NCBI GenBank assembly: GCA_965248815.1
Contig: CBDFKK010000005.1
Span: forward strand, 119,835 to 183,834
Origin: Alphaproteobacteria bacterium
GTDB taxonomy: Bacteria > Pseudomonadota > Alphaproteobacteria > SMXP01
DNA: 64,000 nucleotides
Reading direction: 5' to 3'
How positions within the stretch are numbered: the first letter of the stretch is position 1; each line of letters starts with the position of its first letter. The translations under genes and the position numbers were made by a program. Under the pieces are notes generated by a model. That model was not told the origin of the DNA. It ran no database searches and worked only from the letters and a program-made list of their open reading frames with translations. Positions 29,320 to 41,285 of this stretch are shown here, one piece after another.

Positions 29320-30714
29320 CTAATTGTAGGCGATCAGCTCAGCTTCATCGGTTAGAAGCAGGACCTTCTGCTCGACCACAATCGGCGGAATATACGAACC
29401 CTCGGGCATATCGATCTGGCCGAGTACGTCGCCGGTATATGGCGAAATGGAGACCGCCTTGCCAGCCGAGGATACGACAATCAGTCGATCGCCGGCGAGC
29501 ACCGGGCCGCTCCACTGAATTGCGTCCTCTTTTTTCTTTTCGTTTTTGAACTGCTGTAGCGGTGTGATCCATCGAATGCCACCGTCACGGCGAGACAAGC
29601 ACACGACTTCGCCGTCCAAACTCAATACATAAATGAAGTCTCCGGCGACCCATGGCGTTTGAACCCCACCCACATCGCGCGTCCACACGCGTTCGCCGGT
29701 TCGCAAATCAATGGCGACCATCCGCCCGCTGTGGCTAATCGCATAAACCCGGCCGCGATCGATAACCGGTCGGCCGGCAATGTCATTCAATGCCGACAAT
29801 GAGGTTAATCGTCCTGTTCGGATGAGCGTGTCGCTCCAGGCGACCCGGCCGTTTTGTACGCGTAGCGCGAAGACTTCGCCTGACGAATAGGGAGCGACCA
29901 CGATGTCGCCGTCTACGGCCGGACTGGAACTAATAAACAGTTGTGCAGTTTCAGCAATGCCGCGATGGTTCCACAAGATGCGGCCGTCATCCTCAGCCAA
30001 TGCAAACAGCTGATTGTCAACTGTCGACACGAAAACCCGCCCACCAGACACGGTCGGCGCAGCATGAATGGCCAGCCCCAGTTCTTGCCGCCACTGTTCG
30101 GCGCCTGTTTTGGCATCAAGACAGGCGATGAAACCAAAGCCTGACGAAACAAAGACTCGGTCCTTTGCGTAAGCAACACCTCCGCCCGTTCCTAGCCTCG
30201 ATTTCACTTTTTTGGGCTTAAGATCAACCTGCCAGATCTGTTTGCCCGTTGTTAAATCAAACGCGGCAACGGAAGAAATGGCGTCCCGCACAAAGACCTT
30301 GCCCTCCGCTGCAACGGGCGAGGCGGTCAAACGAACGGCTCCGCTGGTCCCCTTGCCGGCATTCGTACGCCAAACACGATTGATCTCTGCTGGAATTTGC
30401 AAATGATGCATGGCGTGACTGGCGTAGCCGCCGGGTTGCGGCCAGGCGTCATTGACGTAGGGCGCGGGCAGAGCCACATCCAACGTAGCAAGCCGGGGAT
30501 CGGCTTCGAGCTCTTGCTCTAAACTCAAGACCGAGATTCGCTCTCCTTTGAGCGTCACTTTGTCTTTGCCGCTGCCGCCGGCAAACGGATTAAGCGAGTC
30601 AAGGCCGCCGCAACCAGCCAAAACGGCCGACAACGAAACGACGGCCATCGTGCGCCGTAAAGATCGTCCCAGCGAATTTTCTGGGTTTCGCTGACTCTTC
30701 TCAATGCCAAACAT
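29320..30714 (-). CDS. bamB: Outer-membrane assembly lipoprotein BamB (PQQ-like beta-propeller)
   Basis: Lipobox LAGC and repeated PQQ-type blades; yfgM-bamB-der synteny. Confidence 0.85.
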   Translation of the reverse strand: MFGIEKSQRNPENSLGRSLRRTMAVVSLSAVLAGCGGLDSLNPFAGGSGKDKVTLKGERISVLSLEQELEADPRLATLDVALPAPYVNDAWPQPGGYASHAMHHLQIPAEINRVWRTNAGKGTSGAVRLTASPVAAEGKVFVRDAISSVAAFDLTTGKQIWQVDLKPKKVKSRLGTGGGVAYAKDRVFVSSGFGFIACLDAKTGAEQWRQELGLAIHAAPTVSGGRVFVSTVDNQLFALAEDDGRILWNHRGIAETAQLFISSSPAVDGDIVVAPYSSGEVFALRVQNGRVAWSDTLIRTGRLTSLSALNDIAGRPVIDRGRVYAISHSGRMVAIDLRTGERVWTRDVGGVQTPWVAGDFIYVLSLDGEVVCLSRRDGGIRWITPLQQFKNEKKKEDAIQWSGPVLAGDRLIVVSSAGKAVSISPYTGDVLGQIDMPEGSYIPPIVVEQKVLLLTDEAELIAYN

Positions 30715-30735
30715 TGCCTCGGTGTCCTTCGACAG

Positions 30736-31503
30736 TTACTCGCCTGAATCCGCGTCTGGATTATTGCTGGGTGTCTCTTCGCTCGTAGGCTCCGACTCGT
30801 TTGTCTCTCCGGTCCCATCAGGCGACACGGTTTCGGCGTCGGTTGTATCGCCTCCTGCAGGAGGACCCAATATGATCAACATCTCTTGTGCACGGCTTCG
30901 CAAATTAACCGGCGTCAATGGGTCGAAAGCCAAAAGCTGAAACTCCGATCGGGCTTCTTCTAAACTTCCATCTGCAAAGGCAGACAAGGCAATCGCCTCC
31001 CGAGCTGAAAATCTGAATGCGCTTTGCGAGTCAACTAGGCTGGACATCCTTTGGCGAATTTCAGAAAGATTAGCCAGATCCAAAAGCGTCAAAGCAGCTT
31101 TGACGCGCGCGAGATCTCTGAGTTCGTCTCCTGCAACGCCCTCAGCAACGATCTGATCGTAAATCTCGACCGCCTTTTCCCGGTTACCGGTTTCAGCAAG
31201 GGTCCCGGCTCGACGAAAGAGAGCAAGCACGCGATATCCACCGCCTGCGTCGTTTGCCAATGCTTCAAAAGAGGCGAGCGCATTATCGGTTTCTTCATTC
31301 TCGACGAGTTCGACGGCCGCACTATATTTGTCGGATTCCGCGGCTCTCTGGCTTTCCACTGACCAATTCCACAAGGAGTAACCGCCAACAACGCCGACAA
31401 CTAGGATCGCTCCCGCCAAAATATGTGTGCCATATTTCTGCGCCAGCTCGACCATTTTGTCGCGCCTGACTTCTTCTTCGACCTCACGAAATATGTCGCT
31501 CAT
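30736..31503 (-). CDS. Membrane-anchored TPR-like protein (YfgM-like)
   Basis: MSDIFREVEEEVRRD N-terminus, one TM helix, helical repeats, acidic tail; upstream of bamB-der. Confidence 0.8.
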   Translation of the reverse strand: MSDIFREVEEEVRRDKMVELAQKYGTHILAGAILVVGVVGGYSLWNWSVESQRAAESDKYSAAVELVENEETDNALASFEALANDAGGGYRVLALFRRAGTLAETGNREKAVEIYDQIVAEGVAGDELRDLARVKAALTLLDLANLSEIRQRMSSLVDSQSAFRFSAREAIALSAFADGSLEEARSEFQLLAFDPLTPVNLRSRAQEMLIILGPPAGGDTTDAETVSPDGTGETNESEPTSEETPSNNPDADSGE

Positions 31504-31656
31504 CGTGTTCCCATGCCATCCTGGATCAATGCGACGCCCGACTATAAGCGCGGCGGCGAGCGGCCGCGCCCCTGAATCGCGGTAAACCTATCCTGTCGTT
31601 CAGCTCGAAGCAAACCAACAAGAGCGCTGAATCCGCTGGTTTTTTGGCGCAAGAGT

Positions 31657-32493
31657 CTAGCTGGCCACTTGCTTGGGGCCTTTTAACCCGTAGACGTGGG
31701 AAGATCCTGGAAAGCGGCGCGCGCGTACGTCGCTCGCATAGGATTCAACGGCTGATGCAATCATCTCGTCCATTTGAACGTACTTCTTGACGAACGAGGG
31801 CGTGTGTTCCGAAAGGCCGACCATGTCTTCCGTGACCAAAATCTGGCCGTCGCAATGGCTTGACGCCCCAATTCCAATTGTTGGTATCGACACAGACTTG
31901 GTGATGCGCTGCGCAAGCGGTTCGGCAACACTTTCGAGCACCACACAAAAGGCACCTGCTTCTTCGACGGCCAATGCATCACTTTCCACTTCCGACCATT
32001 CCCGCCGTTGGCGCCCAACAACTCTGTAACCGCCTTTGATATGAATCGACTGGGGCAACAGACCCACATGACCCATGACCGGAATGCCGCGCTCGACCAA
32101 AAAGGCGATGGTCTCTTTCATACGTACCCCACCCTCGAGCTTGACGGCGGCACATCCCGTTTCTTGAATAATCCGAACGGCATTGCGGTAAGCAACTTCG
32201 GGGCTTTCCTCGTAAGTGCCGAAAGGCATATCAACCGCAACCAGGGCATGCTGGGCGCCGCGCATAACGGCTTGGCCGTGGAGGATCATATGGTCGAGGG
32301 TAATGCCGAGAGTCGTTTCCATGCCGTAGACGACCATGGCAACGGAGTCCCCGACCAGTAGCAAGTCTACGTAAGGGTCGAGCAAACGCGCCATAGGCGC
32401 GGTATAAGCGGTCAAGCAAACGATCGGCTGACCGGACTTTCGTTCCAGAATTTTTGGCACGGTAAGCCGGTGAATCTTGTCGTGGCTAGACAT
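31657..32493 (-). CDS. panB: 3-methyl-2-oxobutanoate hydroxymethyltransferase
   Basis: [39 protein letters not shown]; ATG at 32493 likely. Confidence 0.97.
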   Translation of the reverse strand: MSSHDKIHRLTVPKILERKSGQPIVCLTAYTAPMARLLDPYVDLLLVGDSVAMVVYGMETTLGITLDHMILHGQAVMRGAQHALVAVDMPFGTYEESPEVAYRNAVRIIQETGCAAVKLEGGVRMKETIAFLVERGIPVMGHVGLLPQSIHIKGGYRVVGRQRREWSEVESDALAVEEAGAFCVVLESVAEPLAQRITKSVSIPTIGIGASSHCDGQILVTEDMVGLSEHTPSFVKKYVQMDEMIASAVESYASDVRARRFPGSSHVYGLKGPKQVAS

Positions 32494-32705
32494 ACGCATC
32501 TCCCGCACGCCTTCGGCGCGCATTGCAAAAGTTCAAGATGGGTTATCGAGCCACTTTGCCGGGCGCTCAATTTCGCCCGATCGACAAAGGCACAGGGAGG
32601 TTAGCCAAGAATGGCGCACTTGGCAAACCCCCTTAAATAAAGCCCTTTTTGGGACAAGTCAGGCAATCCGTTCCGAATCACACGCCACAATCAGCAGCGG
32701 GCATT

Positions 32706-33437
32706 TCAATCTCTGCTCAGTTCCGCGAGTTTGGCGCGGACCTCGCGCTGTTGAGGGCTAAGCTCCAAAGCGCGACGAAAATCTCTTAAGGCGGCTTCTA
32801 AATCTCCTAAAGCCTCGTGAACCAATCCGCGGAAGAAATTGCTTTCCCATAAATCTGGAGCAACGCTGACTGATGCCTCACCGTCTGCAAGTGCTTCGTC
32901 TTCGCGTCCCAATTTAGTCAAGACATAACTGCGATACGCCAGGGCAAATGGATCCATATCATTGCCGTCTAAGGCTGCATTGCAATCTGATATGGCCCCT
33001 TCATAGTCCTGGATCTCTGTGCGCACCCGGCACCTGACGGACAGGGTATACGGATCGTACGGATCAATATCGATAGCTTGGTCGAGATCGGTGAGCGCCT
33101 GGCCGGCTTGTCCAAGGGCACTATAGACCGTCGACCGGTTTGTTAGGTGAAGCGCATCGGTAGGCGAAAGATTAATGGCTTGAGCAAAGTCGGAAAGAGC
33201 GCGATCAAATTGATCGAGATCACGGTAAGCCATCGCCCGATTGGAGTATGCAAAGGCGAGATCCTCGTTACCCAAATCGCCCTGCTCGATCGTGTCGGTA
33301 CACACGGTGATCGCTTGGCTGGATTCGAGGGAGAAAGCAAAACAACCTTCATCCGCTTCCCACAAGCTGTCTTGCGCAAGCGCCGAAGTGATACTAAAGG
33401 CCATAACTATGACCGTACTTGACCAAGCCCCCGTCAT
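32706..33437 (-). CDS. Secreted tetratricopeptide-repeat protein
   Basis: Signal-like N-terminus (SALAQD) followed by several TPR units (AYSNRAMAY, ALSDFAQAINLSP, ALRDFRRALELSP). Confidence 0.85.
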   Translation of the reverse strand: MTGAWSSTVIVMAFSITSALAQDSLWEADEGCFAFSLESSQAITVCTDTIEQGDLGNEDLAFAYSNRAMAYRDLDQFDRALSDFAQAINLSPTDALHLTNRSTVYSALGQAGQALTDLDQAIDIDPYDPYTLSVRCRVRTEIQDYEGAISDCNAALDGNDMDPFALAYRSYVLTKLGREDEALADGEASVSVAPDLWESNFFRGLVHEALGDLEAALRDFRRALELSPQQREVRAKLAELSRD

Positions 33438-33554
33438 CGCTACTCACCCAAACACTGAAATGCGGTTCGGTTACTCCAAGCTTAGTCGGCCGCTTTTCGA
33501 AAATTTCATCTAATTTCTTACTTGAGGCCTTACGTTTAACTATAAAGGAATCGA

Positions 33555-33947
33555 ATGAAAAACGCGAATGTCAAATTGGCAGTTGTGCTTGGAATGGTGG
33601 CCCTCATCAGTGCCATTGCTTTCGTTTCGCAGAGGGATATTTTCCAAGATTCTGCCGTTCAGGTGGCAGAGCCCGGCGAACTGCCGGAAGGCGATGCAGC
33701 AAGCGGCAAGCAGATCGCCCAATTCTACTGCGCCGATTGCCACAACGTTGAAAACTCCGGGGCAAGCCCGGAGACCAATGCGCCGCCATTCGGCAAAATG
33801 GTTGAACAATGGCCGGTCGAGTATTTGGCCGAGGCCTTGGCCGAAGGCATTGTGGTCAGCACCCACGAGAGCGTCGCCATGCCCGAGTTCGTTCTGGAGC
33901 CTGAAGAAATCGACGATCTTTTGGCCTATATGGAAAGCCTGACCTAG
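33555..33947 (+). CDS. Small monoheme class I cytochrome c
   Basis: N-terminal TM/signal segment, CADCH heme-binding motif, distal Met in MPEF; AAAGGA RBS. Confidence 0.9.
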   Translation: MKNANVKLAVVLGMVALISAIAFVSQRDIFQDSAVQVAEPGELPEGDAASGKQIAQFYCADCHNVENSGASPETNAPPFGKMVEQWPVEYLAEALAEGIVVSTHESVAMPEFVLEPEEIDDLLAYMESLT

Positions 33948-33960
33948 GTCGCCGAAGCGG

Positions 33961-35550
33961 CTACTCCCACTCGATCGTTCCGGGTGGCTTGGACGTCACG
34001 TCATAAACAACCCGGTTTATACCCCGCACTTCGTTGATGATGCGCGTCGCGGTCCGGCTTAAGAAGTCGTGATCGAAGGGAAAAGAGTCCGCCGTCATAC
34101 CGTCGGTCGATGTAACGGCCCTCAGTGCGCAGACGTAATCATAGGTTCGTTCGTCACCCATGACCCCCACGGTCTGCACTGGCAACAATACAGCAAAAGC
34201 TTGCCAGATCTCGTCGTACAACCCGGCTTTGTCGATTTCGTCCAAATAGATGACATCGGCTTTGCGTAAGATGTCGAGCTTTTCCGGCGAGACTTCTCCC
34301 GGGATACGAATTGCGAGACCCGGGCCCGGAAACGGATGGCGGCGCAGAAACGCCGAAGGCAGTCCCAGCTCTTTGCCAAGTTCGCGCACCTCGTCCTTGA
34401 ACAATTCGCGCAGCGGCTCAACCAGCTTCAGGTTCATACGTTCGGGCAGACCACCGACATTGTGGTGGGACTTTATTGTGACGCTCGGCCCCCCCGTGAA
34501 CGACACGCTTTCGATCACGTCCGGATAAAGTGTGCCTTGCGCCAAAAAATCGGCACCGGCGATTTTTTTCGATTCAGCATCGAAGACGTCGATAAACGTG
34601 GCGCCGATGATTTTCCGTTTCTGTTCAGGATCGCTCACGCCTTTGAGCTGACCCAAAAACCGCTCTTGCGCTTCAACGTGGATCAGCGGGATGTTGTAGT
34701 GATCCTTAAACAGCCCAACGACCTGCTCTGCCTCGTTGGCGCGCAACAACCCTGTATCCACGAACACGCACGTCAACTGATCGCCGATCGCCTCGTGCAA
34801 GAGCACGGCAACGACAGAGGAATCGACACCGCCCGACAGGCCGCAAATCACACGGCCTTCACCAACTTGTTGGCGCACCTTCTTTATTTCGGTTTCGCGG
34901 AAGGCCGCCATGGTCCAAGCCCCGCCACAACCGGCGATCCGATGTGTAAAGTTTTTCAATAGCGCCGCGCCGCGCGGCGTATGAACGACTTCTGGATGGA
35001 ACATAACGCCATAGAACTTGCGCTGGTCGTCGGCGATAGCTGCAAAAGGTGCATTTTCGCTGACGCCGATCACGCTAAAGCCTTGTGGCAATTGCGTGAC
35101 GCGGTCTCCGTGACTCATCCAAACCTGATCGCGATCGTCCGACCGCCACACATCCTGAAAAAGCGGACTCTGCTGCAAGATACTGAGCTCTGCGCGTCCG
35201 AATTCACGATGCGTTGTGTTTTCCACTTCACCGCCAAGCTGCTTGACCATCGTTTGCTGGCCATAGCAAATCCCCAACACAGGAATTCCCAATTCAAAGA
35301 TGCGATCGGGTGCACGCGGGGTGTTTTGCGCCGTGACGCTAGCGGGACCTCCAGACAAAATAATGGCTCTTGGAGCAAAAGCATCCAATACATCGTCGGC
35401 TTTTTGGAATGGAACGATCTCGCTGTAGACGCCACTTTCACGAACCCGGCGCGCAATCAGTTGGGTCACCTGAGAGCCAAAATCGATGATCAGGATACGT
35501 TCTGTATCAAGATCACCACCGTCTGCGTTTTGCATTGTGGTTTGGTTCAA
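33961..35550 (-). CDS. guaA: GMP synthase (glutamine-hydrolysing)
   Basis: [47 protein letters not shown]. Start TTG 35550 or ATG 35535. Confidence 0.98.
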   Translation of the reverse strand: MNQTTMQNADGGDLDTERILIIDFGSQVTQLIARRVRESGVYSEIVPFQKADDVLDAFAPRAIILSGGPASVTAQNTPRAPDRIFELGIPVLGICYGQQTMVKQLGGEVENTTHREFGRAELSILQQSPLFQDVWRSDDRDQVWMSHGDRVTQLPQGFSVIGVSENAPFAAIADDQRKFYGVMFHPEVVHTPRGAALLKNFTHRIAGCGGAWTMAAFRETEIKKVRQQVGEGRVICGLSGGVDSSVVAVLLHEAIGDQLTCVFVDTGLLRANEAEQVVGLFKDHYNIPLIHVEAQERFLGQLKGVSDPEQKRKIIGATFIDVFDAESKKIAGADFLAQGTLYPDVIESVSFTGGPSVTIKSHHNVGGLPERMNLKLVEPLRELFKDEVRELGKELGLPSAFLRRHPFPGPGLAIRIPGEVSPEKLDILRKADVIYLDEIDKAGLYDEIWQAFAVLLPVQTVGVMGDERTYDYVCALRAVTSTDGMTADSFPFDHDFLSRTATRIINEVRGINRVVYDVTSKPPGTIEWE

Positions 35551-35551
35551 T

Positions 35552-36028
35552 TCAGTTGTTGGCGCCGACGTCGTCGATTGCTCGTTTCAGAGTCTGATAC
35601 TCGGTACACGTGGCGCCGCACACCCGCTCGAGGCGCGCAAGCTTTTCGTCCGCTAAATTCAAATTGTCGCCCAGCACGTCGACCTGCCCGCTCCAACTCA
35701 AAGCCATGACTTCATTGGGATCGATGTCGAGCGCGATGCCGTAATACTTATAGGCCCTTATTTTATTTCCGACGACGTCGTAGCTCCGGCCGAGATAACT
35801 GAATGCAACCGCGTTGCGCGGATTAGCAGTTGCCGCCTGCTCAAACAACCGAATGGCACCAGCAAAATTCTCGCCTTCCAACTCATCGATACCCTTGTCG
35901 ATCAGCCGCGAGGACGCCTGAGTGGCAGCCTCTGCGCCGGGCGCTGAGCCAAAATCTGTCGTGATCACAAAATTGATCAAAAAAACAGCGGCGACCGAAA
36001 CGGCCAAAAACACAAAGGAATCTCGCAT
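35552..36028 (-). CDS. Exported TPR protein
   Basis: 158 aa with signal/TM N-terminus and TPR helices ([23 protein letters not shown]); CGATCTEY motif. Confidence 0.8.
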   Translation of the reverse strand: MRDSFVFLAVSVAAVFLINFVITTDFGSAPGAEAATQASSRLIDKGIDELEGENFAGAIRLFEQAATANPRNAVAFSYLGRSYDVVGNKIRAYKYYGIALDIDPNEVMALSWSGQVDVLGDNLNLADEKLARLERVCGATCTEYQTLKRAIDDVGANN

Positions 36029-36095
36029 ATTTTTCTCGTTCTTATGCGGTGGCGCCGACCACGGCTGCGGCCCCCATATCCATCCACCAACTTAC

Positions 36096-37421
36096 TTAAC
36101 GCTCTCTCTCAAGAACCGCAATAAACGTGCCATCCGTTTTCGAGGATTGGGGCGACAAAGCGAGCGTTGCATACGGATTTTGGTGCTTTTTTGGCAAGTC
36201 GGATTGGGACAACAGGTCGTCCACTTCGGACCAAATCTGGTTAACGGCGAGCAGATTGAAACCGCGAGCCTGGCCAAGAAAGCTCTCGATTCGGTCCTCA
36301 TTTTCGCGCTTCAACAAGGAACAAGTCACATAGACGAGCCGGCCACCGGGTTTGACGAGCGGGGCCGCCGCTATTAGCAAGCGAGCCTGGCGCTCGGCGT
36401 AGCGGCCGATCATTTCGGGTGTGAGCCGCCATTTGGCGTCGGGGTTGCGGCGCCAGGTCCCGGAACCGCTGCATGGTGCATCAATCAATACGCGGTCAAA
36501 TTTGTCGGTCCATTCAGCCATGGCTGCGGCGCTTTGATGCGGATCGGCCGCTTCATGCCTCACCTGCAGATTGCGCACGCCGGCGCGCTCCAAGCGCGGC
36601 GCCATCTGTTTGAGCCGTGACGCATCCGTATCGTAGGCATAGATTTGCCCCCGATTGTTCATCGCAGCTGCGAGTGCCAATGACTTGCCCCCAGCTCCCG
36701 CACAAAAGTCTAGAACTTGGTGGTCTTCCCTAGCGTCCACCATCAACGCCGCAAGCTGTGATCCCTCATCTTGGATCTCGATCAAACCTTGCCGGTAGGC
36801 TTCTAGCCCTCTGACATTGATAGACGGTCGTAAGCTATCGCTTGGCGCGATGCGCAAACCTATACGGCTATTTGAAGAGCGGCTGAGACCGACCTGTGAC
36901 TCCGATAACGCGTCATAGGCACACTCCGGCGTGGATTTAAGCAAATTCACTCTCAGATCGACAGGCGCGCGCAACGCGCTTGTCCGCAATTCTTCATTCA
37001 AGTCTGCGTCGGGAGGTAGCGAGATTTCATCAACAAGCCACGCCGGACAATTCAGCGCAACTTCAGACGGAGCGGGCCGCGTCAACTTGTGACACAAACC
37101 TTCTTCCTCATCCGACAAAGGAGGCGGCCCATATCCATGACCATCGAAAAGCCCCTGGACATCTTCGAGGGACAATCCCTGGCCATCCATGAGCGCTGCA
37201 ATCACTAGATGACGAGGATCTTCACTGTGCATCAGCCAGACATATTCGCCGCGGCGACGAACTGTGGAATAGACAAGATCTTTGATCGCCGTTCGATCCT
37301 TTGAACCGGCATAGCGATGGGACCGTGACCATTTGTCAAAATAGCGGTCAAGAGGCAGAGGGGACTCGGAAAACCCTTCTAGAATCTCAATGGTCGCTTG
37401 GACACGCGCACCCGGCCTCAT
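36096..37421 (-). CDS. RsmB/NOP-family RNA m5C methyltransferase
   Basis: QDEGSQL, LDFCAGAGGKSL, DAPCSGSGTWRRNPD, YVTCS. Confidence 0.93.
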   Translation of the reverse strand: MRPGARVQATIEILEGFSESPLPLDRYFDKWSRSHRYAGSKDRTAIKDLVYSTVRRRGEYVWLMHSEDPRHLVIAALMDGQGLSLEDVQGLFDGHGYGPPPLSDEEEGLCHKLTRPAPSEVALNCPAWLVDEISLPPDADLNEELRTSALRAPVDLRVNLLKSTPECAYDALSESQVGLSRSSNSRIGLRIAPSDSLRPSINVRGLEAYRQGLIEIQDEGSQLAALMVDAREDHQVLDFCAGAGGKSLALAAAMNNRGQIYAYDTDASRLKQMAPRLERAGVRNLQVRHEAADPHQSAAAMAEWTDKFDRVLIDAPCSGSGTWRRNPDAKWRLTPEMIGRYAERQARLLIAAAPLVKPGGRLVYVTCSLLKRENEDRIESFLGQARGFNLLAVNQIWSEVDDLLSQSDLPKKHQNPYATLALSPQSSKTDGTFIAVLERER

Positions 37422-37585
37422 GGCAAGTACAATCCCAGCTTGACCAAGATCACCGCCATAGATGAACGATGAAGTAATACGATAAATATAATCATTCTAA
37501 AGCTTTACGAGGCGTTCTTGTAATCAAATATTGATTTTCCGACGCCTTGGATCACAGACAGGCATCCGAAGTCGCCAACGACGGT

Positions 37586-39064
37586 TTAGGTATTGGACGG
37601 ATAGTTCGGCGCTTCACGCGTGATCGACACGTCATGGACGTGGCTTTCTTGAAGCCCGGCGGGCGAGATTTTTGTGAACGACGCGTTTGCTTGGAAGTAT
37701 TCGATGGTTTTGGATCCCGTATAGCCCATAGCCGCGCGCAGGCCGCCGACCAATTGGTGAATGATGGCATTGAGCGGACCCTTATAGGGAACTTTGCCCT
37801 CGATGCCTTCGGGAACCAGCTTCAAAGAGTCCGAAATATCTTGCTGGAAGTAACGATCAGCGGACCCTATGGCCATGGCTGCCACCGAACCCATCCCGCG
37901 ATAAGACTTGTAGGAGCGACCCTGATAGAGAAACACGTCACCGGGGCTTTCTTCGGTCCCGGCAAAAAGGGAGCCGATCATGACCGAGTCAGCACCTGCC
38001 GCTATCGCCTTTGCCAAATCGCCCGAATATTTGATCCCGCCATCGGCGATAACCCGCACGTTTGACTTCTTGGCCTGCTCGACCACCTCGATAATGGCAC
38101 TTAGTTGAGGAACGCCAACGCCAGCGACGATTCGCGTTGTGCAGATGGAACCAGGACCGATGCCGACTTTGATGGAATCTGCACCCGCGCCGATGAGAGC
38201 CTTGGCGCCTTCTGCGGTGGCAACATTGCCGGCCAAAACTTGAGTGTAATTGCTAGCTTTCTTGATCCGCTCGACGGTTTCCAGCACCCGCTGCGAGTGC
38301 CCATGAGCGGTGTCGACAACGACCAAATCCACACCCGCGTCGATCAGCGCTTCCGACCGCTCAAAGCCGTCATCACCGACGCTGGTTGCACCCGCGATTC
38401 TCAGCCGGCCCTGTTCGTCCTTGCAAGCATTTGGGTAGAGTTCTGCCTTCTCCATGTCCTTTACGGTAATCAAGCCAACGCATCTGAAGTCTTTATCGAC
38501 AACGACAAGACGTTCGATGCGATGTTGATGGAGCAGGCGTTTGGCCTCCTCGGCGTCGATTGAATCGCGCGCCGTCACCAAATTCTCTTTGGTCATCAGC
38601 TCAGAGACAGGCTGGTCCAGGTTTGTGGCAAAGCGCACGTCTCTGTTCGTCAGGATTCCGACCAACTTGCCGCGGCCCTCCGAATCCAGCGGTGAATCTA
38701 CAACCGGAATTCCAGAAATTTTATGGTGAGTCATGATGTCGAGGGCGTCTCGAAGAGTTTGGTCCGGATGCATGGTGACCGGGTTGATGACCATGCCAGA
38801 CTCAAATCGCTTGACCAGCCGCACATTGTCGGCCTGCTCTTCCAGCGACATGTTGCGATGGATGACGCCCAAGCCACCCGCCTGGGCCATGGCAATCGCC
38901 AAACGCGCCTCAGTCACCGTATCCATAGCTGCAGAAATGATCGGGATGCCAAGCTTGATCGAATTCGTAAGATGCGATTCAGTGTTGACTTGACTGGGCA
39001 AGATGTCCGAAGCCGCAGGCCGCAGAAGAACGTCGTCGAATGTCAGGGAGTCACGTATCTCCAA
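37586..39064 (-). CDS. guaB: IMP dehydrogenase
   Basis: [20 protein letters not shown] pair, [17 protein letters not shown]; the TTG at 39064 follows a GGAAGGA RBS. Confidence 0.98.
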   Translation of the reverse strand: MEIRDSLTFDDVLLRPAASDILPSQVNTESHLTNSIKLGIPIISAAMDTVTEARLAIAMAQAGGLGVIHRNMSLEEQADNVRLVKRFESGMVINPVTMHPDQTLRDALDIMTHHKISGIPVVDSPLDSEGRGKLVGILTNRDVRFATNLDQPVSELMTKENLVTARDSIDAEEAKRLLHQHRIERLVVVDKDFRCVGLITVKDMEKAELYPNACKDEQGRLRIAGATSVGDDGFERSEALIDAGVDLVVVDTAHGHSQRVLETVERIKKASNYTQVLAGNVATAEGAKALIGAGADSIKVGIGPGSICTTRIVAGVGVPQLSAIIEVVEQAKKSNVRVIADGGIKYSGDLAKAIAAGADSVMIGSLFAGTEESPGDVFLYQGRSYKSYRGMGSVAAMAIGSADRYFQQDISDSLKLVPEGIEGKVPYKGPLNAIIHQLVGGLRAAMGYTGSKTIEYFQANASFTKISPAGLQESHVHDVSITREAPNYPSNT

Positions 39065-39180
39065 GGCTTTCCTTCCTTCCAGCCGCATGCGGGAAAGCGG
39101 CGCCCTGGCACGCGGTGGCGATGTCTAGCACAGCTCTGCGGTCCGATCAAAACTTGAAATGATAGCTCTGCCAAAAAGTC

Positions 39181-39915
39181 CTACGGGGCGGTCTTTTGAA
39201 ATCCGCTGGCCACAACGTAAGTTTCTGAGGAATCGGCGCGGCTGGCAGCCGGCTTGGCATGGCGAACGCGCTGAAAGTCGCCTTTCATGAGCTGAATCAA
39301 AGTGTGTTCGGTGCCGCCCTTTAAGACCTTCGCCACGAAAGTGCCTCCTGGCGAGAGAATTTCATTCGCAAAGTCGTGCGCGCTTTCGCACAAAGCCATG
39401 ACGCGCAAATGATCCGTAGATTTGTGGCCCGTTGCCGGGGACGCCATATCGCTGAGAACGACATTTGCCTTGCCGTTCAGCGCAGTTCGAATGCGGTCAG
39501 CCGAGTCATCGGCCAAGAAATCACCCCGGAGAAGTGTCGCCCCCGCTAATGATTCAACCGCGTTGATGTCGAGAGCTACGACGCAGCCTGCACTTGCCTT
39601 CATATCCGATTGTACGCGCTCGACTGCGACTTGGGTCCATCCGCCCGGAGCGGCGCCCAAATCGACGACACGACAGCCGGGCTTCAGAAACTTGAACTTG
39701 TCATCCAGCTCGATCAGCTTGAACGCGGCTCTCGATCGATAACCAGCACGCTTTGCCGCAGCGACATACGGATCATTGAGCTGGCGTTCGAGCCACAGCG
39801 TCGACGATAGTTTGCGCTTGCCTGCGGATTTGACGCGTTGCTTTAGTTGCCGCCCGGAGGGCCCGCTTTTGCCGGCTGATCGACTAGTCAGGCCGCGCTT
39901 TTTTTGTTCGTCCAT
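39181..39915 (-). CDS. rlmE: 23S rRNA Um2552 methyltransferase RlmE/FtsJ
   Basis: WLERQLNDPYV, YRSRAAFKL, DLGAAPGGW, KPAASR..S.E.Y. Confidence 0.96.
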   Translation of the reverse strand: MDEQKKRGLTSRSAGKSGPSGRQLKQRVKSAGKRKLSSTLWLERQLNDPYVAAAKRAGYRSRAAFKLIELDDKFKFLKPGCRVVDLGAAPGGWTQVAVERVQSDMKASAGCVVALDINAVESLAGATLLRGDFLADDSADRIRTALNGKANVVLSDMASPATGHKSTDHLRVMALCESAHDFANEILSPGGTFVAKVLKGGTEHTLIQLMKGDFQRVRHAKPAASRADSSETYVVASGFQKTAP

Positions 39916-39941
39916 AGTGCCTAGAAACCATTCTCTGGTGG

Positions 39942-41129
39942 TTAGGTTCCGGTCGTTTCATTGCGATGCTCACTTGGAGAAGACGCACGGTTTCTTCTGC
40001 GCGAGCGCCGCCGGCGCCGAGAATGGTCCCGGTCTGCCTGGTCCATCAAAGCAAGCAGCATACCCTCGCGAAGTCCCCGATCCGCCACGCGCAGACGTTG
40101 GCATGGCCATAGCCGATTAATCGCTTCAAGAATTGCGCAACCTGCCACGACAAGGTCGGCACGGTCGCGCCCGACGCAGGGAACCCCCGTCCGCTCCTTG
40201 TAGGACATCGAAGCAAGCCGGTTCGAAATTACCTGGAGTGTCTGCATGTCGATCCAGGTCCCGTCTACTTTGTCGCGATCGTAGCGGCGCAGCCCTAAGT
40301 GAATTCCGGCCAATGTAGTAACTGTGCCGGAGGTCCCCAACATATGAATTTTACCCGCGTCGAATGACGGTTTCAGTTCGTCAGCCTCGTCAAACCCTTC
40401 CAACTGATCGATAACCTCAAGGATCATGGATTCGTAAACATGTGCAGGTACGTCTTTTCCGCCATGGCGCTCTGCTAAATTAACAACACCGAACGGTAAC
40501 GACGTCCAAGCGGCGATCGCATTAGCAGCGGACTTCCGGCCTTTGTAATTTCCGCCTTCACGTAGATCGAGCCAGACCAGTTCCGTGCTGCCCCCACCAA
40601 TATCGAAAATCAGCGCGCCGTCATATGAATCGTCCAAAAGCGACGAACAGCCAGTCACAGCTAGACGTGCTTCCTCGTCGGACGGAATGATGTCCAATGT
40701 GAGCCCTGTTTCCTTTTCGACACGCGCAATAAATTCGCTTCCGTTTCCGGCCATGCGGCAGGCTTCAGTCGCAATTGCTCGCGTTCGCGTGACTTGGCGG
40801 CGATGAATCTTGGAAGCACAGATCTTGAGCGCTTCGACCGCCCGATCCATGGCGTCCTGGGACAAATATCCCGTATGTTCAACGCCTTCGCCCAGCCGAA
40901 CTGTCCGCGAAAAGGCATCGATGACGCGGAACCGGTCACGCACCGGCTTAGCGATCAGTAATCGACAATTATTTGTACCTAGATCGATCGCCGCATACAC
41001 ATGACCCCATCGTCCACGTGTATGGCGGTTCCCATAAGGAGAGACTAGCCGTCGCTTATGAGTTCTCCCAGAGCCCTTATCATCCAGCCCCTGGCGATCC
41101 CCGGCGTCGCCGTTATTTTTTTGCACCAC
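39942..41129 (-). CDS. ppx: Ppx/GppA-family phosphatase (short form)
   Basis: AAIDLGTNNCRL, IATEACR, FDIGGGSTE, DRGLREG. Confidence 0.88.
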   Translation of the reverse strand: MVQKNNGDAGDRQGLDDKGSGRTHKRRLVSPYGNRHTRGRWGHVYAAIDLGTNNCRLLIAKPVRDRFRVIDAFSRTVRLGEGVEHTGYLSQDAMDRAVEALKICASKIHRRQVTRTRAIATEACRMAGNGSEFIARVEKETGLTLDIIPSDEEARLAVTGCSSLLDDSYDGALIFDIGGGSTELVWLDLREGGNYKGRKSAANAIAAWTSLPFGVVNLAERHGGKDVPAHVYESMILEVIDQLEGFDEADELKPSFDAGKIHMLGTSGTVTTLAGIHLGLRRYDRDKVDGTWIDMQTLQVISNRLASMSYKERTGVPCVGRDRADLVVAGCAILEAINRLWPCQRLRVADRGLREGMLLALMDQADRDHSRRRRRSRRRNRASSPSEHRNETTGT

Positions 41130-41285
41130 TTCAAACCTTTTCGACCCTTGCGCTTAAATCAGAGCCATTTCAGTGTTAGTCTACCAGCTTCGGGAAGGGG
41201 GTAAAGGAACCAGTCAAAGCGTTGTTAGGAAATGTTTTACGATTCCAACCAATAATTTGACCGGTCTAGTCTCAGGGGAAGTCGG

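Noticed and set aside
31657-32493. panB without an adjacent panC
   Set aside because: Split pan genes are common, and panC may lie outside the window.
41130-41285. tRNA gene upstream of ppx
   Set aside because: No cloverleaf, T-loop GTTCGA or acceptor stem was found here, and I noticed none elsewhere in the window.
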